Shown here piece by piece: positions 25,838 through 61,372 of a stretch of 64,000 bases of DNA. The translations under genes and the position numbers were made by a program. This stretch comes from the human T2T-CHM13v2.0 reference genome, Homo sapiens: assembly GCF_009914755.1 (NCBI RefSeq), contig NC_060940.1; one strand, written 5' to 3'. The notes below the pieces were generated by a model that was given only the letters and a program-made list of their open reading frames with translations, ran no database searches and was not told the origin of the DNA. Position 1 is the stretch's first letter; every line of letters starts with the position of its first letter.

Positions 25838-27261
25838 TTATTATGGGGATTCCTGAGATGATGGTCAGTGGCTTATCACATCATAAGCACTGATACATGC
25901 TCACTATTTTTATTGTTTATTGCTTTTTATTTATTTGTTTGTTTGAGATAGGGTCTCACTGTATCACCCAGGCTGGAGTGCAGTGGTGGGGATCATGGCT
26001 TACTGCAGCCTCGACCGCGGGCTCAGATGATCCTGCCAGGTCATCCTCCCAAGTAGCTGGGATCACAGGTGCACACCACCATGCCCAGCTAATTTTTAAA
26101 TTTTTTTTGTAGGGACAGGGTTTCGCCATGTTGCCCAGGTTGGTCAGTTTTATTTTTTAAATCTCCTTTTCTTTTTTATTTTATCACACATAAGAGCCAT
26201 CAGGGGACTTGCCCAGTGTCACGTAATTATGGACAGATCTAGGGCTAGCCCTTGGTCTCTCAGCCTCCTCCCCAGGTCCTTTCCTGCCCAGGTTCCTGTG
26301 TAGATGGTTCTCGATTGGTTGATTTTGCATCCTTCCCTCTCTTTAATTGGGAGCGCTCCTCAGACTCTGTCTTCTATCCTGATGGATGGATGTAATGGAA
26401 GCTGGCCTCACTGGTCTTTTCTTTTGATGTGAATAAATCCTGGAGACCCATCTTTGCTTTCAGGATAACCACATCTGGGGAAACATTCCACTGTCCATAC
26501 TCCACATGTTTTGGATTTGTACTGCTGCTTTCCCTTTCCTTAGTTTGTGTATTCTTTTGTTGAACAAGTGTTTATTCAACATCATATGAGAGATGATGGA
26601 TTCAGTGAATTCTGACCAGAGATCTTGTCACTTTGGAGCAAGCCTGGGAATGTGCCAGTTTTCAAAACGTTGTCCATAGCTGTCCCTAGACTGGTTCTGC
26701 TCCCACCCACCACCCTCACCTGGTGAATAATGAACATTTAAGTTAATTCAGTGGTTTCCTAACAAACGCAAAATGACCAGCACCCTCACAAACCATGTAT
26801 TAATTGCTCACATGCTTTACATTGTTTGCTTTTCCTTTTTTTTGGTCTTTTTTTTTTTTAGAGACAGGGTCTCGTTCTGTCGCCCAGGCTGGAGTACAGT
26901 GGTGCCGTCATAGCTCACTGCAGTCTTGAGCTCCCAGGTTCAAGTGATCCTCCCACCTTAGTCTCCCATTAGTTAGGACTGTAGGTGCACACCACCACTC
27001 TTGACTTTATTTTTTTGGTAGAGACAGGGTCTTGCTATGTTGTCCAGGCTGGTCTCAAACTCCTGGCCTCAAGCAGTTCTCCAACCCCAGTCTCCCAAAG
27101 CCCTGGGACTGCAGGCATCAGCCACCATGCTCAGCTTGTTGCCTAATTAGTAGTTTAAGATGACAAAACTACATGGATGATAATAATTTCAATAATAATT
27201 CTAAAGCAGTGGTAGCAAATTCTTAGATTTTGCTTACTATATAGCAGGGACTATTCTATGA

Positions 27262-27675
<414 letters not shown>

Positions 27676-28636
27676 TGATTCTCCCGCCTCAGCCTCCTGA
27701 GTAGCTGGGATAACAGGCACGTGCCACTGCGCCTGGCTGATTTTTGTATTTTTAGTGGGGATGGAGTTTCGCCATGTTGGCCAGGCTGGTATTGAATTCC
27801 TGGCCTCAAGTGATCCACCTGCCTCAGCCTCCCAAAGTGCTGAGATTACAGACATGGCCACCATGCCTGGCCTAAAGTGAGTTTTTGAAAAAGCAATAGT
27901 GTATATACTACAATGGTGTACACTAATATTGTTTCCTGGCCTTTTTCATATATAATTTTGGGTTTTTTAGATTAGTTTTTGTAATTTAAAAAGTAATACC
28001 ATATGTAGAGTACAAAAATTAAAAATAGAACAGGGTAGACAAGGAAAAGTAAATCTCTCTCCTGCCCCAGACTTTGGTCCTCTAATCTGGGAAGCAAGGC
28101 TGCCACATTCCAGAATTTTTCTATGTACATAGAGAGATTCTTTTTTTCCTTGAAGACAGATGGGCTCATACTATCCATATTCCTCTGTACTTCACTTTTC
28201 AAGAGTTTACCCTAGAGGTCATTTCATGTCTATATCTGTCTTCTCTGTTTTCATGGCTATATATAATTTCATTATACAAACATGCCAGGAGTTATTTCCA
28301 GATTCTTCCTATTATACCTAATGCTGTGATAAACATTCTTGCATCTTAGCATACATGTGGGAGTGTGTCTGTAGGATAGATTGCTTTTGGTGGAATTGGT
28401 GGATCACAAGTTGAGCATTTAAAATGGTTGTATCCTGCCCAGTTTCCCTTCCAGGGCTACCCAAGTTTATGCTCCCGCCAGCACCGTGCTGGTGCCCGCC
28501 CCTCAGTCCGTTTCCTATGCTGGGTGTGCGTCATCAAGCGTCAGCCTCGGCTGCTTAAAAATAGGATGAATGATGTTTTATTTTGCATATTTAGGAAACC
28601 CTTAGAGTAATATCTTACCTTCTCTTTCCCTCCTAG

Positions 28637-28792
<156 letters not shown>

Positions 28793-29456
28793 TAAAGGTC
28801 TTTCTTTGCAGATATGATCATGGAGAAGCCCTGTTCAGTGCCTGTCAGCAGCACAGGCTGCTGAGCCTCCATGTGGGCCGCTAGTTCATGATGCTGGGAA
28901 GACCAAGTCCTGCTTCACCATCACATTTCCTACACCCTATTATTTTGACTTTGTATTACGCAAATTTTCAAACAAACATAAAGGTAGAGGGAATGGTGAA
29001 ATAAACACACACGTCTCATCACCTAACTTCAGTATTTCTTATATTATCAGTGTTATTTCCTATATTCCCCCACAATTTTTTTGTAGATGTTGGAATATTT
29101 TCGGGCAAATCCCAGACAGCACATGATTTCACCCCTAAATACACACGTGAATCACCTTCCAATAAGGACTTTCTTCTCCCAGGATGATGATAATACCATT
29201 TCACAGATCATACAAGTTGACAACTCCTTCATAGCATTTAATGCCCAGTTCATGTTCAGTTTCCCCAGTTGTTTAAAAAACCTTTTTTTTTATAGTTGAT
29301 GTGTTTGAATCAGGATTTAAACATTGTCCACACTTTGCAGATGATTGATATGTCCCTTAAACCTCTTTGACTCTATGTTAATGCCCCCTCCCTTTAAAAA
29401 AGTCATCTATTTTTTCTCATAACACCTCCCACCCCGCCCCCATATAAGTAGGTTCA

Positions 29457-29792
<336 letters not shown>

Positions 29793-30239
29793 TCACATAA
29801 CAATTAGAGTGCTTTAAAAAACTGTCACTCATAGAAAAGTTCTTCCTTTATTTCTCTTTGGAAGTACTTTAGTGAACTTCCCCCCATTATAACAATGCTT
29901 GTTCAATATGGAAAGTTGGAAAGTTAAAAAAAGGTGTTAGGGTCTAGGATGGGCTTTTGAGAAAGGAGTCGTCTCAGAGGAGGTCTGGTGTGCTTAAGAG
30001 CATTTCAGTACCAAGCACACTGGCTCACACCTCTCATCCCAGCACCTTGGGTGGCAGAGCGGGGAGGATCGCTTGAGCCCGGTGGGTCAAGGCTGCAGTG
30101 AGCTGTGATCACACCACTGCACTTCAGCCTGGGCAACAGAATGAGACCTTGTCTCTTTAAAACAAAACAGTGTCTTAGATTTGTAAGCCGGTGCCTGGTA
30201 GTTCTCTAGTTCTCCATTTCTCTTCGTTGCACATTTTAG

Positions 30240-30371
<132 letters not shown>

Positions 30372-31671
30372 TGAACTCAAGGCATGATTGCCTGTATTCT
30401 TTCATGCAGAAAAACAGAACAATATGTGGAGATTTCATTAAAAAACAAAAAACAAACAAACAAATAAAAAACAAGGCCAGGCACGGTGGCTCACACCTGT
30501 AATCCCAGCACTTTGGGAGGCATAGGCGGGCAGATCACTTGAGGTCAGGTCAGGAGTTCGAGACCGGCCTGGCCAACATGGTGAAACCTTGTCTCTACTA
30601 AAAATACAAAAATTAGCCAGGTAGGGTGGTGCACATTTATAATGCCAACTACTTGGGAGGCTGAGCCGGGAGAATCACTTAAACCTGGGGGCGGGGGCAG
30701 AGGTTGCAGTGAGCTGAGATCGTGCCGCTTCACTCCAGCCTGGGCAAAAGAGCAAAACTCTTGTCTCCAAAAATAAATAAAAATACAAAAATTAGCCGGG
30801 TGTGGTGGCACACATCTGTAATCCCAGCTACTAGGGAGGCTGAAGCAGGAGAATTACTTGAATCCAAGAGGCGGAGGTTGCAGTGAGCTGAGATGTGCAA
30901 TTGTATCCAGCCTGTGCGACAGAGCAAGACTGCTTCTCAAAAAAACAAACAAACAAACAAACAAAAAAAAACCCCAAAAAACAAGACCCTAACTAGACCT
31001 ATTTTGAAACAAGTTAAACACTGATAGCAGCTTGAAAGTAACTCATTAGCTATTAGCTGAGATAGGGCTTATGCCCAAACTGATTATTTTAGTGAAAACA
31101 AGCAATGACACCTGGAAAACTCCCAGAGCAACCTTGGCAGTGGAAATTTTACATAATCCCTGCTTTGGAGAGGGAGGAAAACGACGTTGTTCAAGGACGT
31201 ATAAGGGGCTGGCGGGTTTTTAAATGGACTTTTCTCCCCATTATAAAGGAAATCTATGCTTCTTGTTCTAAAAAGTTCCTCAAGCATTCTAAAGTGCATG
31301 AAGTATAAAGTAGTTGTCCATTCTGTAGTCACACCTGGGAGGTAGCAGTTCTTAACATATTGGGGAATATTCTTTTCCTACATAGATAGATAAATATTTA
31401 TTGATACATAGATTTCTATTTTTTGAATCTGTGGATTCATACTACACATACTGGTCTGTAAACCACCATCCTTTTTGAAAACAATAGATTGTATTTGCCT
31501 TTACATATCAAAATATTGAGGGTTGCCGTATCCCATTTAAGGGTACATAGGGCCAGGTGCGGTGGCTCACACCTGTAATCCCAGCACTTTGGGAGCCCAA
31601 GGCAGGTGGATCACCTGAGGTTAGGAGTTCGATACCAGCCTGGCCAACATGGTGAAACCCTGTCTCTACTA

Positions 31672-31833
<162 letters not shown>

Positions 31834-33285
31834 TCAAAAAAAAAAAAAAAATAGGGTACATAGTATTTATATTGATTTACGCAGATACAGTATATTGATG
31901 ATAATTTTTAAGTAATTAAAAATGTCTGTAGCTGGGCATTTAGTTGCGGTGTCTTGTTTATTCATCATGTTTTCATTTGCCTGTTATAAACAACACTGGA
32001 GAGAACATCACCAACGTGCATCTGTGTACAGCGCTAGTGCGCACTTCAGCTCTTTTTTTTGTAATCACTCTGTGCTTCCTGATTCATGCTTCCTTCTTGC
32101 CTTTGGAGACCTAAGATCAATAGCCTTTGGTCTCTTACAAGATCATGAGAAGAATTTTGGCTTTGCTTTTCCATATAACTTATTAACATTTAGGCATATC
32201 ACTGTTTTTTCCAAATATGTACATGAATAATTGGCAATGAAAGCCTAGAGGGTTTGAGAAAGTGCTGTCTCCACGTGATCAGGTCAATGCTTCCTGGATT
32301 CTTCCAGAAGCATCCTTCCCCACAGGCTGGTTTTCATTTGCTACATGTCAAGACGACTGTTTTGAACATCCCTGATCTGGCCCCTGAAATGGGGATGCTC
32401 TGGCACTGCTTCTAGATGCCCAGAAAGGAGCCTCTGACTAGCATCAACCACAAGGAAAGTCTCTTGCCTCCAGGCAGTCATTTGTCTCATGTTTCCAGGA
32501 CCTTCTGTAGATAGCAGCGTGTAACCCTCACGGGGGAGGCGGGTAAGGAGATTGGAAGGCCTTTGTCTATGCCAGGTCGAACAGCCTTTCCAGCTCTGTG
32601 AATGCCACGTAGTTTGTATCTGCTTTTGCCGGAAACTGTAGAGTATAATAGGAAGTCTAAGGCGAGCCTGTTCATTGAACAAATGCTGAGTTGAGTGTCT
32701 GCTGTGTGCCCGGCACTTTTCTAAGCACCAGAGATACAGCAATGATCAAAACAGGACAAAAGACATTCCTGCCCTTGGGAGTGCTCATTCTAGTGAACAG
32801 CTTAATAATTAGTAGTGTCTCCTGATAGCTGTTCTTGGTAATAACCATCCTGGAGCCTTCAGTATGGTACTGGATTTTTCTAGAACTTGGTATCAGATCT
32901 GCTTTGGATGTCTCCTGGTAGAATGACTTGGGAAACAACCACATTACTTTATGTGTAGGCATTCTTACTTCAGATTTGGTCCTGAAGCCTGCATACCAAG
33001 ACGGGAATGAACTCACAAATACAGAAACATGCACAGACACACACGTGTTCACACCTGGGTGTACGTGCACACATATAACAGACAAGGCCTGGGCAACTGG
33101 CAGGATTCATATGTTAGCAGTGGCTATTGTGAATAGTAGGAATATGGATCCTGTTTCTTTTTTTATTTTATTCTGTATACTTTTTGAAAATGCCGGACTT
33201 TTCCTCCATAGTGTGTACCTATTTTGACAGAAACTTTTTTTTTGTTTTTTTTTTGATAGAGATGGAGTCTTGCTATGTTGCCTAG

Positions 33286-33834
<549 letters not shown>

Positions 33835-34413
33835 TAGAGTAAAAACAACCCTCCTCACTACTGGTCTACTACCTTCTCTCTTAAGAGACAACTACCATTT
33901 CTAGTTTCTTCTGTATTTTCCAAAAGTCTGTACATATACAGACAAATTTGTCTCACTTTTTCTTTACATAGAGAGTGGTGTAATATGCACATTACTTGCT
34001 TTTTAAATTACGCAACTTGCTTTTTAAATTCCATGATATATATGTCTTGGAGGTTATTGCATATTAATACGTATGGACCTACCCCATTTTTAAAAATGGC
34101 TGCATAGTGTCCTGTTTTGACAGTATGAATCTGCTTCAATTTACTCTGCCTGTCTCCTCCAGTTGCCACTAGTTTTTCTTACTGAAGTTTAACAGCTCTT
34201 TATATAATAAGGAACTCAGCCCTTTGCCACTTGAATTGCAAATATATGTTTCTAGTTTGGCATTTGTATTTTGACTTTGTTTATGGTATTTTTTCTTCTT
34301 TTCAGTGAAAAGACATTAAAATGGAGCCACACCATAATTACTATTTTATAGCCGCCTTCTTTCCACTTAATCTATCATAAACATTTTTTCATATCCGTAG
34401 CTATGGGCCATGA

Positions 34414-34569
<156 letters not shown>

Positions 34570-34685
34570 TGATTGTACTTTTCTTGCCTTGACCTGGAAA
34601 TAGTGAACTTTTCTTTTTCCTATTCTTTCCCTTTCTCTTTCTGTTTTTTGTCTTCCCTCTTTCTCTCTCTGTCCCTTCTTTCTTG

Positions 34686-35260
<575 letters not shown>

Positions 35261-35970
35261 CGGAACTTTTCTTCTTCCCAAAATGAAAGATGTATTTGGA
35301 ACTTTGGGCCCAGAAAGAACTAGAGGATGATGTACATGTATCCGTGAGCATATCCAGAGAACTTGCTGTTATATCTTTTGTGCTTTTATAGCACAAAAAC
35401 CAAGAGAACTGTTTAAGCCTTGTAGCCCAAAACAACCCTTGAGAGATGTACTGTGGAGTTCCCACAGCTGGAAGGTAAAAGAGCTTGAGAGTTTAAAAAT
35501 CTCTAGAAAAGTAACCGGCGTTTGTCTTTTCCATCCACTTACAACCAGGTTCACTGGATGTTAAACGCACAGATCAGTACATCTTGCTTACAAACCCATG
35601 CAGCTAGGGGCTGAATTTTCCCTCTTCTCATTAAGGTGCACATGCCTGTCTGTGGCCGAGTAGGGCCACGGAGAACAGGCGTGGATCTATCTCTGTTTCT
35701 TGTTACCTTTGTCCTGGTCCAGCTCCTTTTCAGCTGCCCCCTGCTGGGCTTGCCTCCCCCAGTGGTTAGGCTTTGAGTGTCTCTCCAGCCCGATGGAGGC
35801 CACTTTAGATCCCAGTTCCGGCCTTCAGTGGAATAGCTGCCCTTCAAGCTTCCCGCAGATGTAATCCACATGACATGTGGTCACAAGCGGGCAGCTGATC
35901 CGAAACAGAACTTGACAGAGGCAAGGACCATTCCCTATGCAAAAATTCCAGGTTGACATGAGACTGATAA

Positions 35971-36216
<246 letters not shown>

Positions 36217-36367
36217 TGAGTAGCTGGGATTACAGGCGTCCACCACCATGTCCAGCTAATTTCTGTATTTTTGGTAGAGATGGGGTTTCACCATGTTGGC
36301 CAGGCTGGTCTCGAACTCCTGACCTTAAGTGATCTGCCTGGCTCGGCCCCCCAAAGTGCTGGGATTA

Positions 36368-36749
<382 letters not shown>

Positions 36750-37531
36750 TTATCCTCCTCTTAATTATATTAAAAAATACTTCTTAGTAGGAAACTTAAA
36801 AGCTTCTAAAAAGTATGACTAAGAAAATCCACCTGTATGCCTGTCAGTCAGAGATGACCTCTTGTGACTTTTCCCTTCCCCTCTATTTCTAAATAGTGTT
36901 TTGTTTGTTTTTATAATAAGAGTTGAATTTTTATATTTATGCAACTTTGATTTCAAGTGTTTTCAATTTAATGTTATAACATTAGCATTTCCCCCTGGCA
37001 ATTAAAAATGCTCAATGAGCATAATTGTAATGGCTTTATAATATTGTATTATGTCACTATGGCTGAATTAATATTTCCATATTTTTGGAAATGTAGGTTA
37101 TTTGTAATACTTTTAAGTGAACTCTAGTTCTCACAAAGGAACAATATATTGAGCATTTTAATGTCAGGAATTTACTTTGTCCCCACTGACCCGTGACTGC
37201 TTTGGGACATCAGTGCTTGTCTGTGTGTGTGGAAGATCCGTATCTGCCTTTGCTCAAAGTTCAGCACATAAAGGGTAGATTTTTGGCGTTAACTGCAGAC
37301 AGTCCATAAACTGTTATAATGTTTTCTTAATCATTTTAAAACCACCCATAAACACAGTCTTACCCAACCTTTTGTTTCCTTGCGAAACCTCATTTTATGT
37401 AGCAGGAGGGCGGTGCTACAGTGGTCAGCAGTGTGGCTGGTGCCCCTGAGCCGGTCACTGGGGGTCCTCTAGGGGCCTCTGCTCCTGGCCACCAGAGTCT
37501 CCTAATGGTGTCTGTGTGTCTCTCCCCTCAG

Positions 37532-37554
37532 GGCTGAAGGAGATAACTTATTAA
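37532..37554 (+). CDS. LCMT1: LCMT1 terminal coding exon part
   Basis: cccctcag/ acceptor; (G)LKEITY-TAA, in phase with the previous exon. Confidence 0.95.
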
Positions 37555-37738
37555 TCTGTCGAAGGCTTATGCCGAGCCAGAAGCCGAAGCCACTTGCCCT
37601 CCTGGAGGAGACCTGCAAGCTCCCTGAGCGGTGGGCGGGCCTCGTCCGCAGGTCTCATCCCACACTCTTGAGAAGCCTTGGTCACTACAGTGGTCGCACA
37701 TGTTCCTCTTCCTGTTCCTGTTGACATGTCGTTGTTTA

Positions 37739-37744
37739 AATAAA
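37739..37744 (+). terminator. LCMT1: LCMT1 polyadenylation signal AATAAA (3' UTR about 200 nt)
   Basis: First AATAAA after the stop codon, followed by GT-rich sequence (ctgtggttgg). Confidence 0.85.
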
Positions 37745-38087
37745 TCTCACTTGCCACCAGTCGCCTGTGGTTGGACCTCTGCTGGCTGCCGCTGCTCGTT
37801 CCGTGCCCCATGGCTTGGGCGGGCCAGGGTTCACCTCTGTGTTAGCTAAAGCCAAGGACCCCAAGTCTGCTTTGACCTTGGCTTACTCCCTGTGAGTCAC
37901 ACCCGGCCCATGACCTTGAGTCCATTTTAGGATCTACTCCCTCACATGCTGTTTGTTGCAGCACATGACATTGTGCCTCACTCCCTGACCCTTGTCCTCC
38001 ACCAGATGTGAGGCTAGTGCTCTTCTCGGGCTCCTGTCTCCGCCCTGGCCACACTGGCCTGCTCAGTTGCCTCCTTCATCTTGGTCA

Positions 38088-38856
<769 letters not shown>

Positions 38857-39159
38857 TAGGGCCCCTGAGTGATGACCTCATATTTCAGAAACATAAGGCT
38901 TGTCCCATACCTGTCTGCTGAACTCCCTGAGTGATGGGTAGACCTTGTCTACAGGGACTTCTTAAGTTATGTGACTGGCGCTGCGAGCCTGAACCTGCAT
39001 GTGCAGGGTGGCACTGCAGAAGTCCCCAGCGCTCTCCTCTGCTGGAGAGGTAACAGCCTCTCTTCTACCATTCAGAATCCTTAAATCAGTGTCCCCTAGA
39101 GTGTGGGCCCTGCACCTCTAGTGGCATGCCAGTTGATGGGATGTGTTCCTATCAATAAA

Positions 39160-39756
39160 TACCTGTGATAAAATGTATAAATTAGGTGCAGTAAGACTAG
39201 CAACAATTTAAAAAAGAACAACTATAGCAATATGTTAAGGTTATGTGAATGTGGTCTTTGAAGATATCTTAACTGGCCGAGTGCAGTGGTGCACGCCTGT
39301 AATCCCAGCACTTGGGGAGGCCAAGACAGGTGGATCCTGAAGTCAGGAGTTCGAGACCAGCCTGGCCAACATGGTGAAACCCCCCCCCCACCGCCCCGCC
39401 GCCTGTAATTCCAGCTCTTTGGGGGGCTGAGATGGGCAGATCACAAGGTCAGGAGTTCAAGACCAGCCTGGCCAACATGGTGAAACCCTGTCTCTACTAA
39501 AAATACAAAAAAAAAAAAAAAAAAATCCGGGCTTGGTGGCAGGCATCTGTAAGGCAGGAGAATTGCTTGAACCCAGGAGGCAGAGGTTGCAGTGAACCGA
39601 GATTGCGCCACTGCACTCCAGCCTGGATGACAGAGCAAGACTCCATCTTGGAAAAAAAGAAAATATCTTAGCTATACTCACTTATTTTTGGACCTCAACT
39701 GACCTCAGGTAACGGAAACCTTGGAAAACAAAACCACAGGAAAGGGGTAACTCTGG
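39160..39756 (+). mobile_element. Tigger2-family (MER28/MER8-like) fragment interrupted by Alu sequence (~39275-39660)
   Basis: tataaattaggtgcagtaagac...gttatgtgaatgtggtct...aggtaacggaaacc...aaaaccacaggaaagggg. Confidence 0.65.
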
Positions 39757-39773
39757 TATATGTATAGCATTAG

Positions 39774-40019
<246 letters not shown>

Positions 40020-40344
40020 TGATCCACCTGCCTCGGCCTCCCAAAGTGCTGGGATTACAGGCGTGAGCCGCCGTGCCTGGCCCCACAATGTTTACTTTTT
40101 GTTGTTGTTGTTTTCAGAAAGGGTCTTGCCCCATCTCCCAGGCTGGAGTGCAGTAGTGCAGTCATAGCTCTCTGCAGCCTCAACCTCCTTGGGCTCAAGT
40201 GATCCTCCTTCCTCAGCCTCCTGAGTAACTGAACCACAGGCACACACCAGCAAGCCTGGCTATTTTTAACTTTTTTTGTGGAGACAGGGTCTCCCTATGT
40301 TGCCAGGGGTGGTCTTGAACTCGGGTTCAAGTGATCCTCCCATC

Positions 40345-53790
<13,446 letters not shown>

Positions 53791-53792
53791 CT

Positions 53793-53932
53793 TTTTATTT
53801 ATTTATTTATTTATTTATTTATTATTATTATACTTTAAGTTTTAGGGTACATGTGCACAACGTGCAGGTTTGTTACATATGTATACATGTGCCATGTTGG
53901 TGTGCTGCACCCATCAACTCGTCATTTAGCAT
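53793..53932 (-). mobile_element. Very short 5'-truncated L1PA 3' end
   Basis: ttattatactttaagttttagggtacatgtgcacaacgtgcaggtttgttacat...; TSD ctgtattttct on both sides. Confidence 0.9.
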
Positions 53933-54186
53933 TCTGTATTTTCTCTGGTTCAGATGATCAATCCTTCTGTTTATGAGAAGTGTCTAGTATTCATGTCAAG
54001 CCTCTCCCTCTCATGACTACAAAGACATCCACCCATGTTTTATTTTAGTGCTTTTATGGTCCCTATTTTACATTTTAACCTTTGGTTCATTTAGAATTTA
54101 TTTTGAGCTAAAGAAGGAGGCAGAGATCCAACTTTAGTTTTTTTTGTTTGTTTTTTATATGAGGTTACCTAGTTTTCCTAACACGA

Positions 54187-54978
<792 letters not shown>

Positions 54979-55989
54979 TGAGATTACAGGCATGTGCCAC
55001 CGCGCACGGCTAATTTTTGTATTTTTAGTACAGTCGGGGTTTCGCCATGTTGGCCAGGCTGGTCTCGAACTCCTGACCTCAGGTATCCACCGGCCTCGAC
55101 CTCCCAAAGTGCTGAGATTACAGGCATGAGCCACCATGTCTGGCCTTATTTAGACATCTTTAACTCACGAGTGTAAACATCAATATAAATTTCCATGTGA
55201 GTGTATGAGTCTAAAAGGACTCCTTTAAAAAACCTATGGGTTATCAAAGAACTGTGTATTTTGATTCTTGCGAAGTATTCACTCTTGGCCATAAATGAAG
55301 AATCACTTGAAAAAAACAAGGTATGCCTTATCTTTAAGAGGAAACTATTTTACCCAGTAGTGATTTGTATACACCTGTAATATACACCAGTAGCAATTTG
55401 TATACACCTCCCAGCACTGTGAGAGGCCGAGGTGGGCGGATTGCTTGAGGTCAGGAGTTCGAGACCAGCCTGGCCAACATAATGAAACCCTGTCTCTACT
55501 AAAAATACAAAAAATTAGCTGGGCGTGGTGGCAGGCACCTGTAATCCCAGCTGCTTGGAAGGCTGAGCCAGGGGAATCACTTGAGCCCAGGAGATGGAGG
55601 TTGCAGTGAGCCGATATTGCTGTTGCACTCTAGCCTGGGCAACAAGAATGAAACCCTGTCTCAAAAAAAAAAAATTCTTATGATTTAGGTCAACAGGATT
55701 GTTTGTATTTCCCCTAAACAGAAGGATATGATTATTTAGAATTTAGACATATAGCTATACTAATGTGCATTTCTACTCTATCTGTATATATGTGTAATCA
55801 TGATTGTGGAAATAAAATAGTTTGCAGTGAGTTGCCAAACCAAAATATGTATATATATATAACCAAAAATATATATATATAAAAAACCTATATATATAAA
55901 ACATATATATATATATATATTAAGATGATATTTTACCACGTTTGAAGAATAAAAAGAAATAAGGTACTGGGGCTGGGCATGGTGGCTCA

Positions 55990-56250
<261 letters not shown>

Positions 56251-56488
56251 TCAAAAAAAAAACAGTACTGGCTGTGAAAACAGACTTACAGGCTTGGTTG
56301 AATTCCATCTCCACTACTCATGTGTGTGGTCCTTTACCTCTCTGGGTCTCAGCTCCCTTGTCTGTAAAATGGGGGTGATAATTATGATCCCTACCTCACA
56401 CAGTTGTTGGGTGGACTAAATAAAATAAAGCCAGAATCCACTGTTCCTGGGGCTACCATTGACATCCAGACCTGTGTTCTTAATTTAA

Positions 56489-56913
<425 letters not shown>

Positions 56914-58076
56914 TGAATTTTTAGTAGAGACAAGGTTTCACCATGTTGGCCAGCCTGGTCTTGAACTCCTGACCTCAAGTGATCCACCCGCTTTAGCCTC
57001 CCAAAGTGCTGGGATTACAGATGTGAGCCACCACACCTGGCCAAAATTTTATTTTATTTTTTTTTTACATGGATGGTAGGGTCTTGTTATGTTTCCTGGG
57101 CTGGTCTTGAACTCCTGGGCTCAAGTGATCCTTCCCTCTCAGCCTCCCCCAGGCGTAAGCCACCATGCCCGACATCAGCTTCTGTTTTTTATTTAATGAG
57201 CCAGCTCCTGACTACACAGTCACTTGGCTGAAGTCTTAACCCTCTGCCTTGTTTCTGTCCACCCCATCCATGACTCCTGTCTGGGATCCCACTGCTCCCA
57301 TGAGAAGCTGGTGCCACTAGACTTCCCTTCTTCTTCTAGCTAAGAACGTCCTGCCCACCTATGGGTATGACTTTGTACTTTCAGCCAGAGGCTAGCAATG
57401 CAGCGCCCTCTGCACTGGGCTGATGGCTGGGGTCCCACTTAATCATGCCACTGTTTTCTTCTCATTGGCCTATGGTATCAAGGTCCTAGCGGGTCTTGTA
57501 GAAAACTAGGATACTTAATTCTCACTGGGACAATTGCATTCCCAAAGAGGATGACTGGGAATGCAAATGACTCCTTCTATTGTCAGAATTTCTGGCATTG
57601 TGACAAAAAGACATTGTTAACAGACAGGTACACCCTATCTCTTGGACCAGAGTTGGGTCATCAGTGGTGGCCACATAAACCCCAGGGCAGCTTACTGGAA
57701 TGTGGCTTTTGCCTTCACGTTCTGCTTTTATGGGATAGTTACTGATGCATCTGACACATCTCCCCGATTTGACTGTAAAGTCTTTGTGACATTATCTGTT
57801 ACTCATCTATATTCTGGGCGTGTCATAAGATGACTAAAGTATTGCCCTGTCCACATTCACGAGCAAAAGCCTGGGCTTCAGAAACACCAAGGACATGTCT
57901 TCTTGCTGTGGTGTCTCTGGTCCAGCATCTCCTAGGAATTCTGAAATCTAAAAAGCAAATGGTATCTTGGCAGAAAAGGGAGTTCAGCAAGCAGGATTCT
58001 CTTTTTTGAGTAAGGGACAAAAATCTAGCTCCAACTGGCTTAAGAAAGAAAAAAAACCTGAAAAAGACCAGGGCTA

Positions 58077-58427
<351 letters not shown>

Positions 58428-58733
58428 CTAGTTCAGGCACAACTGGACCCAGGTCACAATATGGATTCATCAGTCTTGCTCCACCTCTCAGCTCTGTTTT
58501 TCTCTGACTGGCTCCCTTCTCTTCCGGCCCATCCCTTCTGGTGGTGAACATGGTGGCTGGCAGCCTCGGGTCTAAATCCTCACCCTCAGCAATCCCATTG
58601 AAAGGGTATGTTAGCCGGAAGCGGTGGCTCACACCTGTAATCCTAGCACTTTGGGAGGCTGAGACCGGTAGACCACCTGAGGTCAGGAGTTCAAGACCAG
58701 CTTGGCCAACATGGCAAAATCCTGTCTCTACTA

Positions 58734-58859
<126 letters not shown>

Positions 58860-59526
58860 CTACCACCTGGGCAACAAGAATGAAACTCCATCTCAAAATA
58901 AATAAATAAATAAAAATACAAAACTTAGCCAGGTGCAGTGGTAGGTGACTATAGTCTCAGCTACTCAGGAGGCTAAGGCAAGAGAATTGCTTGAACCCGG
59001 GAGGCAGAGGTTGTAGTGTGCCGAGATGGCACCACTGCACTCCAGTCTGGATGACAGAGCCAGATTCTGTCTCAAAAAAAAAAAAGGCGGGGGTATGTCT
59101 AACTCCTCAAAGTCTCCAGATTCCCAGATTGGCCTGACCCTGATCACGTGCCCATCTCTGAAGTATGAAGTATGGCCTGGGAGAGGGAGTGTCTGATTGC
59201 TGGACCCGGGTCTGATGTGCAGCCTTCGAAAGGGCAGGGCGGTTGAGGTTGGGGAGCTGAATGATGGTGGGGAAGAGGATCTGCTCTACCCAAATCATGT
59301 GAACTTAGAGTGGAGGAATGGTGGCTTCCCCAAGGAAAATCAAGATGCTGTCACCTAAGGAAGGAGGAATGAGATCTTGAGCAGATATTCATGCGAGATA
59401 TCCATGGACCATGGGACATAGCCAGAGACATAGCATCAGAGAGGGAGAGGGAGAGCCAGAGCCAGATGGACCGTTAGGGAAGCCAACCACTGACACAGGG
59501 GAAAGAAAGAGAATTTTGTAATTTTA

Positions 59527-59691
<165 letters not shown>

Positions 59692-59815
59692 TTAAATTAG
59701 CTGGGGGTGGTGGTGCATGCCTATAGTCCTAGCTATTCAGGAGGCTGAGGTGGGAGGATTACTTGAGCCCAGGAGTCCATGACCAGCCTGGGCAACATAG
59801 GGAGACCCCATCTCA

Positions 59816-60640
<825 letters not shown>

Positions 60641-60826
60641 AAAGAAACAATTGCTATTGGGACTGAGAGGAAGAAAGCCATTTGCCCCACACCTTCTTGG
60701 CAATACACTTAACTCAGACTTTGTCTAGTGCAGTGCCCTGCAAATAGAATAAATAAATAAAAATTTCCTGGATATATCAATAAAGCAACTTGAGATGTTC
60801 TGCCCCCATCACGAAGCCAGCGATAG

Positions 60827-61372
<546 letters not shown>

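Noticed and set aside
32230-33230. 99-137-aa ORFs in repeat-poor intron as a hidden gene or exon
   Set aside because: No recognisable domain or convincing splice-site pair; partly L2-like sequence.
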